From Camelus ferus (lineage: Eukaryota), in contig NC_045696.1 of NCBI RefSeq assembly GCF_009834535.1, forward strand, positions 2,606,001 to 2,670,000: a stretch of DNA of 64,000 nt, read 5' to 3'. Below, piece by piece: positions 49,086 to 61,860 of the stretch (position 1 is its first letter; every line of letters starts with the position of its first letter). The notes under the pieces were generated by a model. It was given only the letters and a program-made list of their open reading frames with translations. It was not told the DNA's origin and made no database searches. The position numbers and the translations under genes are program-made.

Positions 49086-49384
49086 TCAGTTGAGTGGAAA
49101 GAAGCCAGGATAGTTCCCTTAGGACCCAAAGAAGAGTAGACCTGCAGCACGCTCCTGGGGAAATACAGATGGGTGCAAGGTGGCCCCACTCTCAGTGCCT
49201 CCTATGGCCCTGGGCCTTCCAGACTCTCTGCAAGGAAACCCTATCCTTCGGTTCCCCCTGGTTCTTCATCTGCCAACCCCTATGGAAACATTTGATCCAA
49301 AGACCCTTGTCCCAGCCCCACCCCTTTTATCCAGAGACCCCCGTCCCACCTGCCCACCCCTTCCCGATTCCAAGGTACATTCTG

Positions 49385-49678
49385 CTTTCTTTCTTTAAAT
49401 ATTACTGTATAATCATCATATAATGTTGTACAAGTTTCAGGTGTACAAGGTGTTGATTTGATACATTTACATATTGCAGCATGATTACCACCATTGCATT
49501 AGTTAATACCTCTATCTTTTTTTTTTTTTTTTGAGGTGAGAATAATTAAGATCTAGTCTCTTAGCAACTTTGAAGTTTATAACACGGCACCGATGACTAT
49601 AATCACTGTGCTGTGGGTTAGACCCCCAGGTCTTATTGATCCGCTAGGAGCAAGTCTGTGCCCTTAAGCAGCACACCC
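49385..49678 (-). mobile_element. L1MA-like 3' end
   Basis: TACAAGTTTCAGGTGTACAA...GATTTGATACATTTACATATTG...GGTGAGAATAATTAAGATCTAGTCTCTTAGCAACTTTGAAG. Confidence 0.85.
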
Positions 49679-51126
49679 GGCTTTGGGGGGCTGCAGCTCA
49701 GGAGCTGCGCCCTCTCGGGGCCTGTCCAGCAGCCATAGAAGCAGCTGAGCCCAGAGCCGCCCCGGAGTGGGCCGCCCTCACCTCCTCCCTCACAGCTGAT
49801 CCCCCCGGCTCCCTGTTTCCTTTTACTTTTCTTGTCTGTTCTTTTAATCTGAACAGAGCAGGAAAGATTTTGGGGGGTTCTGACCCAGGAACCCCCACCT
49901 TCAAGTTGTGGGGGGTCAAAGCGCAGGTGCCCCCCGACACGCACCGCCCACTCAGCCTCTCCCAGCAGGGGTCCCGGATGCCTGGAGGACAACACCCATC
50001 CCCACGCCCACTGTGTGTCCTGTCAGTCACAGAGGGGCCGGCTGCTTAGACTCGGAGGGGACGGCTCCATGGCGACATCGTCCTGTGCCCCACAGGAGCT
50101 AGGGATGGGCGATGTCTGTGGGAAGGGTGAGGGGGCAGCCTGCAGAACCCAGTGTCCCAACCCCCAATTCTGAGGGCCTGCCCACTGCAACCCATTTCAA
50201 AAGCAAAGAAGCCAGCAAGTTTCAGAAACTGTGGGAACTGCCCCCACCCCAGCAACCACTTCAAGCCCCCCCCCAGGCCCCCACAGCTGGGCACCCAGAG
50301 ATGCCCGTTGTCACCCTGCCAGTGGTCTCACGCAGTGGTGGGGTGGGGGAGCCAGGGTGTCTCAGCCAGTTTTGGGGGGTGGGTGTCAGATGCTCTCTAA
50401 TCAGCCGTGTGCTCCCAAGGGCAGGGCCCAGGGAGGGCTGGGGCCCTTTCCTCCCCATGTGCTCATTCAGCCCTGAGCCAGAGCAGGGCCCAGAAGAGAA
50501 GGCCTTGGCCCAAGAACCCCCCAGGAAAGCTGCCCCCAGGGGCCTGCCTCAAGTGTCCCCAGAGGTACCAAAGGCCCCACGCAGGGAGCGGGTCGAGCTT
50601 AGGAAGATTCCGCTGGAAGATCCAGGAAGATTCGGTCTGAAGCAGAGCTCCCCATTTCTGCCCACGTGTTCAGCCATGCCCTCCCATCCCTATGTCTTGC
50701 CAGTCCACACGTGTCATGAGCACAGACAGATCACATTGGAGACCGCCTGCAGGCCCTCAGCGAATGGTGACAAACAGAGCAGAGACGAGACGTGCTCTGA
50801 CCAGCGCAGACTTCAGCCAAGCCCTGCCCCAGCCCGGCAGGCAGCCAGAACCCTCCACCCAGCGGCTGTCAGCACACACAGTGACTTGACAGGGAAAACC
50901 CACCCTGCACCTCCCAAATACAGGACTCTCCGTTTTTAGAGCAAGGACATGGGGCAGAGGGGGAGGGAGTGCCTGGAAAGTCCCAACGGAAGACTTAACA
51001 TTGAGTCACAGTGTCCCTGAGGCAGGAGGAAGTGTCTTGCATGGCTGGGCTACCAGCTCAGCTGCAAAACCAAAGAAGGGAGAAGATGAGAGCCCATCCC
51101 TCTACACGGAGGGTTAAAGAGCCCCC

Positions 51127-51603
51127 TGGTGGGTTGACTGTAGCCCTGGCATCCCAGGCCTCCCTGGAGTGTGACTCTCTGCGGTGTGATGGCAGAAGGT
51201 GCAAGCTAGCTCCCTTCCCCTTGAATCTAGGGTGGGGCTTGCAACTTGCTTTGGCCAGTAGAAGGCAGTCAAAGTGATGGCAGCCAGCTCCAAGACTGGA
51301 CCTCAAGAGACCCTGAGGACTTTGTCCTCTCTTGGACCTTACCTGGATCATAAAAACATGAGCTGGCTGGCTGCCAGAGGAGCAGAGATGAGCATCCCCT
51401 GGACAGCCAGCCAGCGTCTAGAAGCACAGGTGCTGGCTGACCTGAAGTGACCTTCCCAGACACCTCATGAGAGAGCCCAGCCAAGACCAGCAGAGCCGCC
51501 AACTGAGTCCAGCAGAAACTCCTGACCTGCAAGTCATGTGCTAAATAAACGGTTTTGCTTTGGCTTTGTTTCATTTGTTACAAAGCAATAGCTAACTGTT
51601 ACA
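51127..51603 (+). mobile_element. MLT1F/G-like solo LTR
   Basis: CCCCTTGAATCTAGG, ACTTGCTTTGGCCAGTAGAA, GAGCCCAGCCAAGACCAGCAGA, TTTGTTACAAAGCAATAGCTAACTGTTACA end. Confidence 0.85.
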
Positions 51604-54600
51604 AGTGGCTTTCCTGGGAAACTGTCTGGGTCAGTCAAAAATGATCTAGGACAGCAGAGGGAAATGGCCAGTACCAGAGATGCCACACTGCCCTGTGGAC
51701 CTCGGAGTCACACTTGCCAACAGAAAGGCTGGGATATTTATGAGTGTATTTGAGATGAGTGTGGCCACACATCCTTAAAGAGTGACAGTTCTCAAGCCCT
51801 GGGCTCTAATCTAGGAACAATCAGAACTGCTATATACTGGACCCTTATTATGTGCTTGGACTACAATAAATATTCTGGATTGAATAGCTGTCAGGGAGAC
51901 CAGGACCATTGGTATTGTTCCTTGATGAAAAGGGTAGGACTCTGCAGGACTCCAGAACCATCTCACCCTACCCCACCTGAATTACTGCAACAACACAGGC
52001 TGCACACCTCCTCTTTTGCTCCCTGAGGACAGAGAAAGGGTCTAGAGGCAGCTACACACCCACTGCCATCTCTGGGAAACCCTGGGGTTGGCCCATGCTT
52101 GAGGTTGGGTCAGTTTCCCTCAATAAAAGTCACAAGAGTCCTGTGACTCTTCACATAGAGAATTCCCCAAGGAATGTCCCTCTACCTCCCCCTCCCCTCC
52201 CCTGCCCAAAACAGTCACAGTGACCCCCATGCCCTAGGGCTACAGTGAATGAATGAGATGATACATCTGGGTGCCCCACATGGCACCAGACTGGGGCAGG
52301 AAACCACGAGCCCCACTTTTCTCTTCTTCACTCGCAGCCCATCTCACATTGGGGAGCAGAGTCCCTTTCTCAGGAAGAGGCACTGAAAATGAAGAGAGGA
52401 TATAATGCCACACTGTGAGGTCATACAGCAACAACCATAACTAAGCCCTTGGTCCCAGTGTCAGAGGCAAGGCTGTGCTAGGCCACTGAGATTCAGGCAT
52501 GCTTGTTATGCAGCACAAGCAGTCTCTCCTGACTGCTGCAGGAACAAATGCTGGAGGCCACCTGTCTCCCTCCTCCTGGGTCTGGTTAAGGTATCGGTTT
52601 CCTCAATAGCTGCATCTTTCCATGTATACCCTGTCTGCCTCCTTCCTCCCCTACCTCCTTCTCCAGTAGAGCATCTTCCAAGGACAAGGACCTGCCTCGC
52701 CAAACCAGGCCAGCCCAGAATGCAGTAAATGCCCAATAAGTCACTAGTGAGTCAATGAATGGGTCGATGAGTGGATGAACCCACTAGTCTGCCTTGGGCA
52801 GGACGCAGTATTCACTGTTAAGTGACAAGTGCACATATTCCCTCAGCTGACCAAGCCCTGTGTGTGCTGAGCGCACATGGCCTTCTGCACACAGTCTCAT
52901 AGCCCACCCAGAAACACGAGCTCTGCTTCAAAGGGGGGGGCCCCCTGGACAGGGGCGCCCTGTGAAAATCAGGCTGCAACCACTCTCAGCACAGAGTTCT
53001 GAAGGAAGCAGGGGTCATTGTCATGGAATTAGAGCACTTCAACCAAGGGGATATACACACACATGTCTACACATTCGTAGGTATGCACACCTGCAGATAA
53101 ACATGCCTGTGCATGTGCATGGAGGTGCCATCCAGAGCGCAGACACACACGTGCACACGTAGCACACACGCTCAGCATCCCAGGCCCCACGACTGTTCCT
53201 CAGTGGATGTGAAACCGTGGCACCGCCTCCTCCTACCAATGTTGCAGCGTGGGCGGCCTGAGTCTCTTTCAGCCCCCGTATGGTTAAACCCAAGGCTGGT
53301 CTGCGACAACTGGGCTGAGCGGCGATCGGCGTGGGTCTCAGCAGCCCAGGGCTCAAATGGCCACGTGCGATGACCTCGCCCTTTCTGCAGAGAGCTCGCC
53401 TCCCTCGGGTTTCCATGTGCGTGTATGTACGTGGGCACGTGCGTGCGTGTCTACAGGGCGACAGACCTCACCGGGGCTGGGCATGAACAGGGGCTGAGTT
53501 TGCAGGACAGGCAGGAATGGGGTCAGCCCCCAGCACTGCCTCCTCGGGCGTGGGCTATATGCGTCTACAATGCGTCTACACTTGCCAAGACAGAAGGTTG
53601 TGTCCTAGGACGGGAGAAAGCACAGGAACGGCCATGGAGGCTCCACCCCCGTGGCAGGTGAGGACACAAGTAAGCCTAGAAGAACCACGCCTGGTACCCA
53701 GGACTTCCTACCATGTGTCTGTGCCCCTCTTTCCTTGGCCCTAGGAATCTGCCCATCCTAATCCATCACCACTGACCTGCAGAGTTCTGTCTGGTCGCCA
53801 AACTCCATGACCGTATTGAGATTCCCATTGGTCAGTAGAAGAGATTGAGGTTCAGAGAGGCCAGGGTGGCCCAGGCTGGGCTGGTTTCAGGGTTACCATC
53901 CTGGAACCAGGGTTATCAGGTCCCTCTTACAGCCACAGTCAAAGGCCTGTGCCTGGGTGACTGTGGGTGCGGTGGGGAGGGCCCCTTCTCTAGGCAGGGT
54001 TGCAACCTCTCCCAGGAGGGGGGACCCAGGCGGACCTGGAAGGGGTTGAACAGGTGACCACCTCCCACTCTGCCACCTGTCCTCACTGCCGGGTGGGGGC
54101 TCGGGAGCCTGGTGCCCACCCCCCAGACCAGCTGATGTCCTGTCCAAGAATGTGCACTGCCCACCCCACCCCCAACCACAACCACACCCCGACTCTGGGG
54201 CAGCCCAGAGAAGCTGTCCGTGCCCCTCCAGGCCTTCCCTGGACCCAGCACTGCCTGGCTGCCATGGAGCCTCGGTCTCCTGGGCTGTAAGATGGACTGA
54301 TCAGTTTAGCTTCTCAGAGATGCTGGGAACATTTAGTTCTAGCATCAAAGCTCCAGGCGTCCTGACCCCAGCACCTGGTTCCCCGCTGCGAGCTCAGGGC
54401 CTGCTCCCGTCCTAAACTCTCACCTGTCCTGGACGGGACCTACTGATGAAGGCACATAGCCCAGGCATCCAGGTGCCCTGATGTCCGGGCTTTCAGACCT
54501 GCACACCCTGCCTACCAGAATCTGCCCCTTCGCAGAACCCAGCCCTGCCTCCCTCCGCGCTGGCCGGGGCCCCCTGGAACCTGCAAGACCAGCCACGGGA

Positions 54601-55397
54601 AGGAATTGTAGAACCTCGGCGATCCAGCACCCCTGGCCTCTGGCCCCAAAGCCAGACACCACATTGGGCATGTGGAATAGGCCAGGCCCCCGCTCTGCCC
54701 ACAGCTGAATACTCATGCCCGCCACCCTGGAATTCATTCAGTGGCTCTGCTGGGCAGCCAGACTTTCTGATACCCAGTCCAGGTGCTCACCCCCACAAAC
54801 CCCAGTCACACTGCTTTCTCCCCAGGGCGCAGGGCTCAGGACCCAGCCCCTGCACCCAGGCTGACCCACCCCAGCAGTGCAAGAGAAGGCCCTGCACACA
54901 GGAAGCCGTGCACCGACTGCCAAGGGCGTTAACATGAAGACCGAACGCTCTAATTAAAGAACGTTTTACTGAATTTTAAAATGGTGAAATGCATTCAGCT
55001 CACTGCTTTTGATTTGCTACTTTCAGACTCAGTCTAAGGTTGTCGGCCTTCCCCTTTCACGGTGCAGGCACAGGGTCTGTTGGCCCCTGCTCAGGCTTGG
55101 GATGACCGATGACAGTGACCTCGTGACTTGCTCGAGGTCACCCGCTGCTCAGCGATGTGGCCCGCAGACCCCCGGGCTCTGAGAAGGGGATGTGGTTCAT
55201 CCGCTCCCAGGGGCCGCCTGCAGGAGGCTTCACCTGGACGGCAGGCGCGGAGCGGTGAGGAGGCCCTGGGTGTGAGAGACACCTCGTGCGCTCAGAGACC
55301 CCGGGCTGCAGGGACAAGTCTTCTTTCAGCCCTCATCCCCTCCTTCTGTGACGGGGTCACATCCATTTCTCAGGCAGAGCTCTGCGACCAGTGGGCA

Positions 55398-55505
55398 CAG
55401 GGTCACCTGGAGGGCTTGTTAGAACCCAGCCCGCCCAGCAGCTTCAGGGCTGCCCAGGTTCAGAAACCACTGCTGGTGCAGGGATCGGCTTTGAGAACCA
55501 CAGCT
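55398..55505. mobile_element. MER5A-like hAT DNA transposon remnant
   Basis: TCACCTGGAGGGCTTGTTAGAAC...GCTGGT..GGGATCGGCTTTGAGAACCAC. Confidence 0.55.
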
Positions 55506-56084
55506 GCAGGACATTGGCAAGGTCAAACCACCAGTGGGGAGGGCGTTGTAGACTGAGAGCTGCCAGGGCACATCCACGTGGGTGCGGGGGGTCAGAGAGA
55601 GATGGCAGGGACGATCACGAGAAGTCTGCAAGGCCCAGCCATCAACTGACTGTCACCACGAGGTCATCAGCCCTGGCCCGGAGCACCCCAGGTTCCTCTC
55701 TCTGCCCTTGGGGTGGGGGTGGGGGTGGGGGTTACCTTCCTAAGTCTGGTCCTGAGAAACACCTGGAAAGCAGGACCAGCCTCCCTTCCAGGTCCTGAAA
55801 GCTGGCTCCTTTCCTCCCTGCCTCCAAGTCCTCAAGCCGCCCCTCCCTGATCCGAACTTGCTCCCAGGGGCTTCGTCCCGACACCGCTTCCTCTTTTCTC
55901 TCTCCCAGCCAGAAAACGTTCCACTTCCTCAGACCTGCCTAACCCAGCACAGCGACAGAAAATAAACAGGCTCCTCCGCTAATTCATACTCAGGAGTGAA
56001 TGGCTGATGGGACCTGCCAGACCCGCTCATTAGCCACAACGCCCCTCTAACTGGTAGAGCACTGAAATAAAGCCAAAGCTGAGT

Positions 56085-56250
56085 CCTGGACCCCACCTGC
56101 ACGTGGAATCACCTGGAGGTTTTTACAACACACCTGTAGAGGCCCACCCAGACTGTGTCCAAACGGGGAGGCGGGGGGGGGGGGTGGCCCTGGATCAGTC
56201 GTTTCAAAACCTCCTCAGGAACTGAGGACGAGCCAGGCTGAGAACCGCTA
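56085..56250. mobile_element. MER5B-like hAT DNA transposon remnant
   Basis: CTGCACGTGGAATCACCTGGAG...TTTCAAAACCTCCTCAGG...GCCAGGCTGAGAACCGCT. Confidence 0.6.
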
Positions 56251-56371
56251 AGTTAGCGGAGGGGTTTATGCCGCGATGGTGAGGGGAGCTTGTGGAGCGT
56301 CTCTTCTCGCGGTAATTTCCAGGACTTTCTCAGCTTTGAGCTCTGTCATCACAGCACCTCTGATCATCCCC

Positions 56372-56740
56372 ACATTCATTCATTCATTCGTTTGCTCATT
56401 CATTCCTTCCACAGAATTTACGGAGCACCTGTGTGGAGCCAGGCTCTGCCCAAGGCCCCGGAGGAGCAGCAGTGAATGGGACAGACCCCACCACTGTGCT
56501 CACGGGGCTCATGTCCGGTCAGGTTGGGGGGATGAGCTGTCAGAGCGCCAGGTGTGGTCAAGGCCGCTGGGAGGGTGCTGCCTAGCTGGACGCTCAGGGA
56601 AGGCCCTCCAGCAAGAGAGCACGGGGCCCAAGGGGAGGGAGCCGTTCACAAGGGCCCTCCAGCCAGAGGGACTGAGCGTGCAAAGGTCCTGGGGCAGAAG
56701 CCTGCAAGAGGCAGGGTGCCTGGGGCAGAGTGCGACTGGT
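56372..56740 (-). mobile_element. L2 3' region
   Basis: (CATT)n start, ATTTACGGAGCACCTGTGTGGAGCCAGGC, CAGCAGTGAATGGGACAGAC. Confidence 0.75.
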
Positions 56741-59700
56741 CGGGAAGGAAGTAAGACCTCGTAGGCCCTAGAGCAGACTTTCTTCCTCCTCAGAGGGCGC
56801 TGGGCCCACTCACGTCTAGCAGGACTGGACGGCTCCTTAAACAACACTGTCCCGGGGTTTGCCTCTGTCCAGGGACTCTTCCAGGACTCAGCCCTGTCCT
56901 GGGACCTCAGCGCCTGCGTGGATGTGCGTTTTGACAGTGAGGGGGTGCTGGCCCATCTGGAGAGCAAGTGTCACTTCCTGGCGCCACGGAGGCACCCATG
57001 GTTCCTCAGAGCATTTCCAGCGGGCTGGGGACACTTCTTGTCTGGCAGGGGTCGCTCCGGCCACTGGGTGGAAACTGGGCACTGGGAGGGCCAGGGCGAC
57101 AGAGGCCCCATGAGGTCAGTGTCAGCGTCCACTTGACAGATTCAGAAACTGAGGCAAGAAGCCCAAAGCCCCAGCCTGTGACTCCACCCAGACCTGCTGG
57201 CCCCAGAGGCAGGCACCCAGCCCCGCCCCCACATCCTCACTGCGGGAGACCCGGCCCCACCTCGCCCCGCACGAGGGCCCGTGGCTCAGACTGACCCAGC
57301 GTCTAGCCACCCACAGTCCCCAGAGGCCCCAGGCGAGGGGCCCCGTGTCGGCTGCTGGTCAAGGGGCCCTGCGTCCCCTCACCAGCATCCCCACCCACCG
57401 GGCACGGAGCTCAGCCGTGGTGCCCCTCGCAGGAGGGGCTGAGGGAGGAAGAGGACGTTGCAGTGAGTGGGCGTCCAGGCAGGAAATGTGGGTGCTGTGG
57501 TGTGGCCACTGTCCTCCCAGGTCAGGAGGGCCACAAGAAACCACTCTTTCTGGCGGCTCCCCTCTGGGGATTCCCTCAGGGATGGGGGAGCAGGCAGAGG
57601 AGTTTCTGGGTGAAGCCCCCGGCCCTTTCTTAGTCAGGGATTTCCCAGCTGGCAGCTTTGGGGGGCTTGGGCCAATTCCCTCCCTGAAGCCAGGCCCCCA
57701 CCGGCCACTGCCACTGGGAGGGCCCCGGGGACTCCTCTCCCCACCTGAGGCTGCGGTCACCCAGCTGTTCAGAGGAGAAAAGGCCGGGCCTCAGAAGGAG
57801 TGGGGTCCCTGGGGCAGCAAGGGCCCTGAAGGCCCCCGGGAACCAGGAGGGGTGGCCAAGAGCAGACTGGGGGCTCAGACCTGGGATCTAAATCCCCCCT
57901 TGCTTCTCAGCAGCCAGACGTGACCTAGAAAGTTCCTTGTCCTCTCCAAACCTCAACTGGTGCCTAAAGTGGGGCCGGCAAGAGGACCTGCCCCCACCCC
58001 CCACCCCGGCTAGGACCTGGAGGACAGGGTGGGGGTGGATGCATTTGAAGAGCTGGCCTTGCTGGGATGGTGCCAGGAGCACGGTCAGCCTGGGACTCCC
58101 GTATCCCCAGAATCCTCCCGGCCCTGCCCCACCCCCACCTCCCACTGGAGGGTCACCGATGGGCGTGGAGGGGAGCCATTCCGGGCCCCACATCAGGGTG
58201 CACGTGAGCCCCACCCCAGGCTGTCCCCATAGACGCCCCTCATCCTCTTCCCCACTGTGTGTCTGAGAAAACAGGCACCGGGCAGCTGGAGGCTGGGGAC
58301 GAGGAGGGGGCCGCCTGCAGCCCTAATATCACAGGCCTAATCAGAGACTCCACTGCGGCGTGGCCGGGAGCCGGGCACAAAGGCAGCTGGCATCTCCCAC
58401 CTGCTGGGTGGGAACCTCATTCCTGGAAGGTGCCCGGGTGCAGTGGGGAAGGGCTGCTCCAGGAAGCAGAGCCTGGATCGAGGATAAGCAGCCCACACTC
58501 AGGAGTGTGAGCCCAGGGCAGCGAGAGCAAGGAGGGAGCGGAGGCAGGAGAGGGCGCCGGGCCAGCGGACGCAGCGCACCCCCCGGAGCAGGCTCTGCAC
58601 AGCTTCCGCAGGGGCGGCCCCCGGACGGGGAGGGGGCAGAACCCACCCCCCTGCCCATCAAGGCTTGCCCGTGAGGCCCACCCCCAGCCTCACTGCCCCT
58701 GTGAGCCTCTCAGAAGGCAGAGCCCCCCCCCCGGGTTGGCCTCTGGCCTGAGTCAGGCCCAAGCGGTGTGACACAAGACAGGAAAAAGGAAGCGGCGGCG
58801 GGGCCGTGTGGACACGGCTGGCTCCGTGGCAGCCTGGGTCCATTCACACCCACGGCTCAGTCCCCACAGGTCACTCCCGCCCTGCAGGTGGAGGGTGCAG
58901 CCCAGGACAGGTGAGCAGCTCCCGGAGGCACCTGGGCCCAGGCTTCCCTCTCACCTACCTCGGCACCCAGCTCTTCCCACGGGCTCCCCACAGGACCCCC
59001 CACAGGACCCCCGGGGGGGAGGAGGGCGTGGCTCTGGGTGAGGATTGCATCTCCTGGTTTTCCAAAACGGAAATCGTTCCACTCAGGGAGTTAACACCTT
59101 CAGGGGCCCGAGTCTATCAGTTTGCCCTAAATCCCATTAATGAGCCAGAGGAGAGAGAGGTGTGGAAGCTGCCGGGTGTGGGCAGAGGGAGGGGCCGGGC
59201 CTGGAGCTCAGGGAGTCAGGTGAGGGCCCCAGTGACCTGAGGAAAGGACCCTCGGTGCCCAGTGGGGGCACTTATGAGAAAGTCAGGGAGGGGGCTGTGG
59301 CCCAGTGTCCCCAGCCCCACCCCCATTCAGCGTGCAGGAGGGAAGTCACCCAGCCACACGTGGACTCACGGCTCCCACCCACCCCACCCTGACTCCCCAC
59401 CCATCAAACCCCAGGCTCAGGGGCGGGGTCCAGGTGCAGCAGGGGAGGGACGTGCCAAGGTGGTGAGCCCAGGGGCCCAGGAGCAGAGGGAGAGCTGTGG
59501 CAGGGCCGGGGAACAATGGGAAGAGCCCCCAGCCCTTGCCAAAGGGGGTCTGTAGGCACCCCACTTCCCATCCTGTTCACCTCAGCTGTCAGAGCCATCA
59601 CTGCTGCCCTCTGGAGCCTCCCTAACCTCCCAGCCAGCACACCCACGGTGGCCACCATCCAGGGTGCGGGCTCCTGGGCCGGCTGGTGATGCCCGGGCCG

Positions 59701-60463
59701 AAGGAGAGCACGGCCCTTCCCTGTGATCCATGAGTGCACCGTGGACCAGAGGGAATGTTCCCCGCCTCCCACGGCAGGTCTCGGCTTGTTTCCTGAGATG
59801 CACACTCACCGCCTGGCAGATTCACCCCAGAAACACACCCTATCCTAAAACACCCAAGTCCTCAGGACACAGGAAGAGGTGTCAGAGGGCACCGAGTTTC
59901 TTATGTAGACCCTTCCCCATCCCCCCTTAACACCAGGCCCCACGTGCACACACGGACACAGAGAAACCACACATCACTGCCCTCCTCCATTCTCACCAGA
60001 AATGGGGGGCGGGGGGCGAGCCCCCATCGCCCACGGCCTGGCTCTCCTCTCTGGACCAATAAGCTGAAGGTGGAGGCATGTCATGCAGCTGTCCGGGTGT
60101 GCCCTGCCCCCGGGTTCGTGGGGACCCAGAGCCCCCTCCAGGCCCCAGTTTCCCTCACCCGCCCCCCCCCCCACCAGGTGACCAGGGCCTGTCAAGTCCT
60201 CCTTTGCACATGGCCTTGGGGGCCGCATCCCTGAGCAAGGACTCAGGTCCAGGACCACCTTGCTGGCAGGGTGGGGACTTGAACCTGTGAACCCTGAGTG
60301 GCGCCTGCAGCGTCTCCTGGTTCCCAGCAGGAATGTTTGGGGCTCCGTGGGTGGCAGTGCCCCGGCCTGGGGCAGCGGCTGCCCCACAACCCCACAAGTC
60401 TGTTAATAGGTCAATCATTGATGGACACTGGACCTCAGGTCGTCCGTAGACGGACGTCCCAGG

Positions 60464-60477
60464 GTTGCCATGGCAAC
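60464..60477. promoter_or_regulatory. Perfect palindromic RFX X-box motif
   Basis: GTTGCCATGGCAAC; motif match only. Confidence 0.5.
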
Positions 60478-60604
60478 GCCTGAACCAGAAGCACAGGCCT
60501 CCAAGGGTTAGAAGGCGGGCTGGGCTCTGGGGTAGCTGGGGCGGGGGCGGGGGCACCAGCCTTCCTGGGGCCACCTCACATGGATGCATACAAACCAAAC
60601 TCTT

Positions 60605-61038
60605 TTTTTTTTTTTTCATTTTTATTGAAGAGCAGTCAGTTTGCAAGGTTGCATCAGTTTCTGGTGCACAGCACGGTGCTTCAGTCAGGCGTGAACGCAT
60701 TAGACTTGTTTCCGCGTTCTCTTTCACCACAGGTCACTACGAGGTATTGAATATGGTTCCCTGGGCCGCACAGGACGAACTTGCTGTTTATCTGTCTCAC
60801 ATGTATCAGTCAGTATCTGCAAATCCCAGACTCCCAGTTTATCCCTTCCCACCCCCGTCCCCACTCGGGTCACCGTAAGTTTGTTTTCTGTCTGGGAGTC
60901 TGTTTCTGTTTTGTAAATAAGTCCGTTCGTCTTTTTTTTTTTTTCAAGATTCCACGTATAAGTGATATCACGTGGTATTTTACTGGTTTGATAATTTTCT
61001 TTTGTGTTAGCTTGGTTTCTTTTTGGTTTTTGTGACTC
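60605..61038 (-). mobile_element. Camelid-type 5'-truncated L1 with 14-bp TSD
   Basis: TSD CAAACCAAACTCTT at 60591-60604 and 61039-61052; T-tract; GTATCTGCAAATCCCAGACTCCCAGTTTATCCCTTCCC; endonuclease-type site TT/AAGA on the minus strand. Confidence 0.92.
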
Positions 61039-61436
61039 CAAACCAAACTCTTAATGCGGAAGCATCCCACCTCGAGGGCGGCCGCGGGAGCGGCCTGGCC
61101 TGGTGCGGGTTTCATCAAGAGCGCCACAGACACTCGCTTTCACAGATCAGGAGATCCAGGCATCACAGAACCTTCTCATAAAGGGACCTTAGGAAGCTGC
61201 CCTTCAACTCGTGGGCAGCACTTCAGCTCCAGTTACCCGGCCAGTGGCCAAGCCGGGGCTCCCACCGCAGGCCCCCTGCCCCCTGGCTCTACGTTTCCAG
61301 CCCTCAGTTTCCTCTTCTTTAAAATGGGCTGGTGTCCATCCCGCTGCCCTCAGAGGCTCCCTTCCAGGAAAAGGTGCAGGGCCGCACGTGGGCTGTCCCC
61401 GCAGGCAGGGGCTGTGGCAGTCAGCGGCGCGGTGCT

Positions 61437-61860
61437 TGTTGTGGTGGAATCGTGGCCTCCAAAAAGACGTCTCAGTGCTAAGCCCACAGCATGCAGGCCT
61501 GATCTTATTTGGGAAAGGGTCTTTGGAGATGTAGTGAAGGTCAGGATCAAGATGATATCATTCTGGATCCCCGGGAAGAACTTAAATCCAGCGGCTGGTG
61601 TCCTTCCAAGAAAAGCAGAGACACAGGCCCAGGGAGGAGGCCGTGGGGCCGGGCGGCAGAGATGGGAGGGAGGGGGCCGCAAGCCAGGGATGCTGGCGGC
61701 ACCAGAAGCTGGAAGAGGCGGGAAGGGCCCTCCCCTCCAGCCCCCAGAGGGGGCGACAGCCTGCCCACACCTTGATTTCACACTTCTGGTCTCCATATAC
61801 ATTTCTGTTGATTGAAGCTGCCCAGTTTGTGGCCGTCTGCGGCCCCAGGAAACCAGCACA
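61437..61860 (+). mobile_element. MLT1C-like solo LTR
   Basis: GAATCGTGGCCTCCAAAAAGA, CTTATTTGGGAAAGGGTCTTTG, CACCAGAAGCTGGAAGAGGC, ACACCTTGATTTC. Confidence 0.85.

Noticed and set aside
52128..52152. Two overlapping 7-bp inverted repeats (AGTCACA/TGTGACT and AAGAGTC/GACTCTT)
   Set aside because: Too short for a miRNA or structured RNA and plausible by chance
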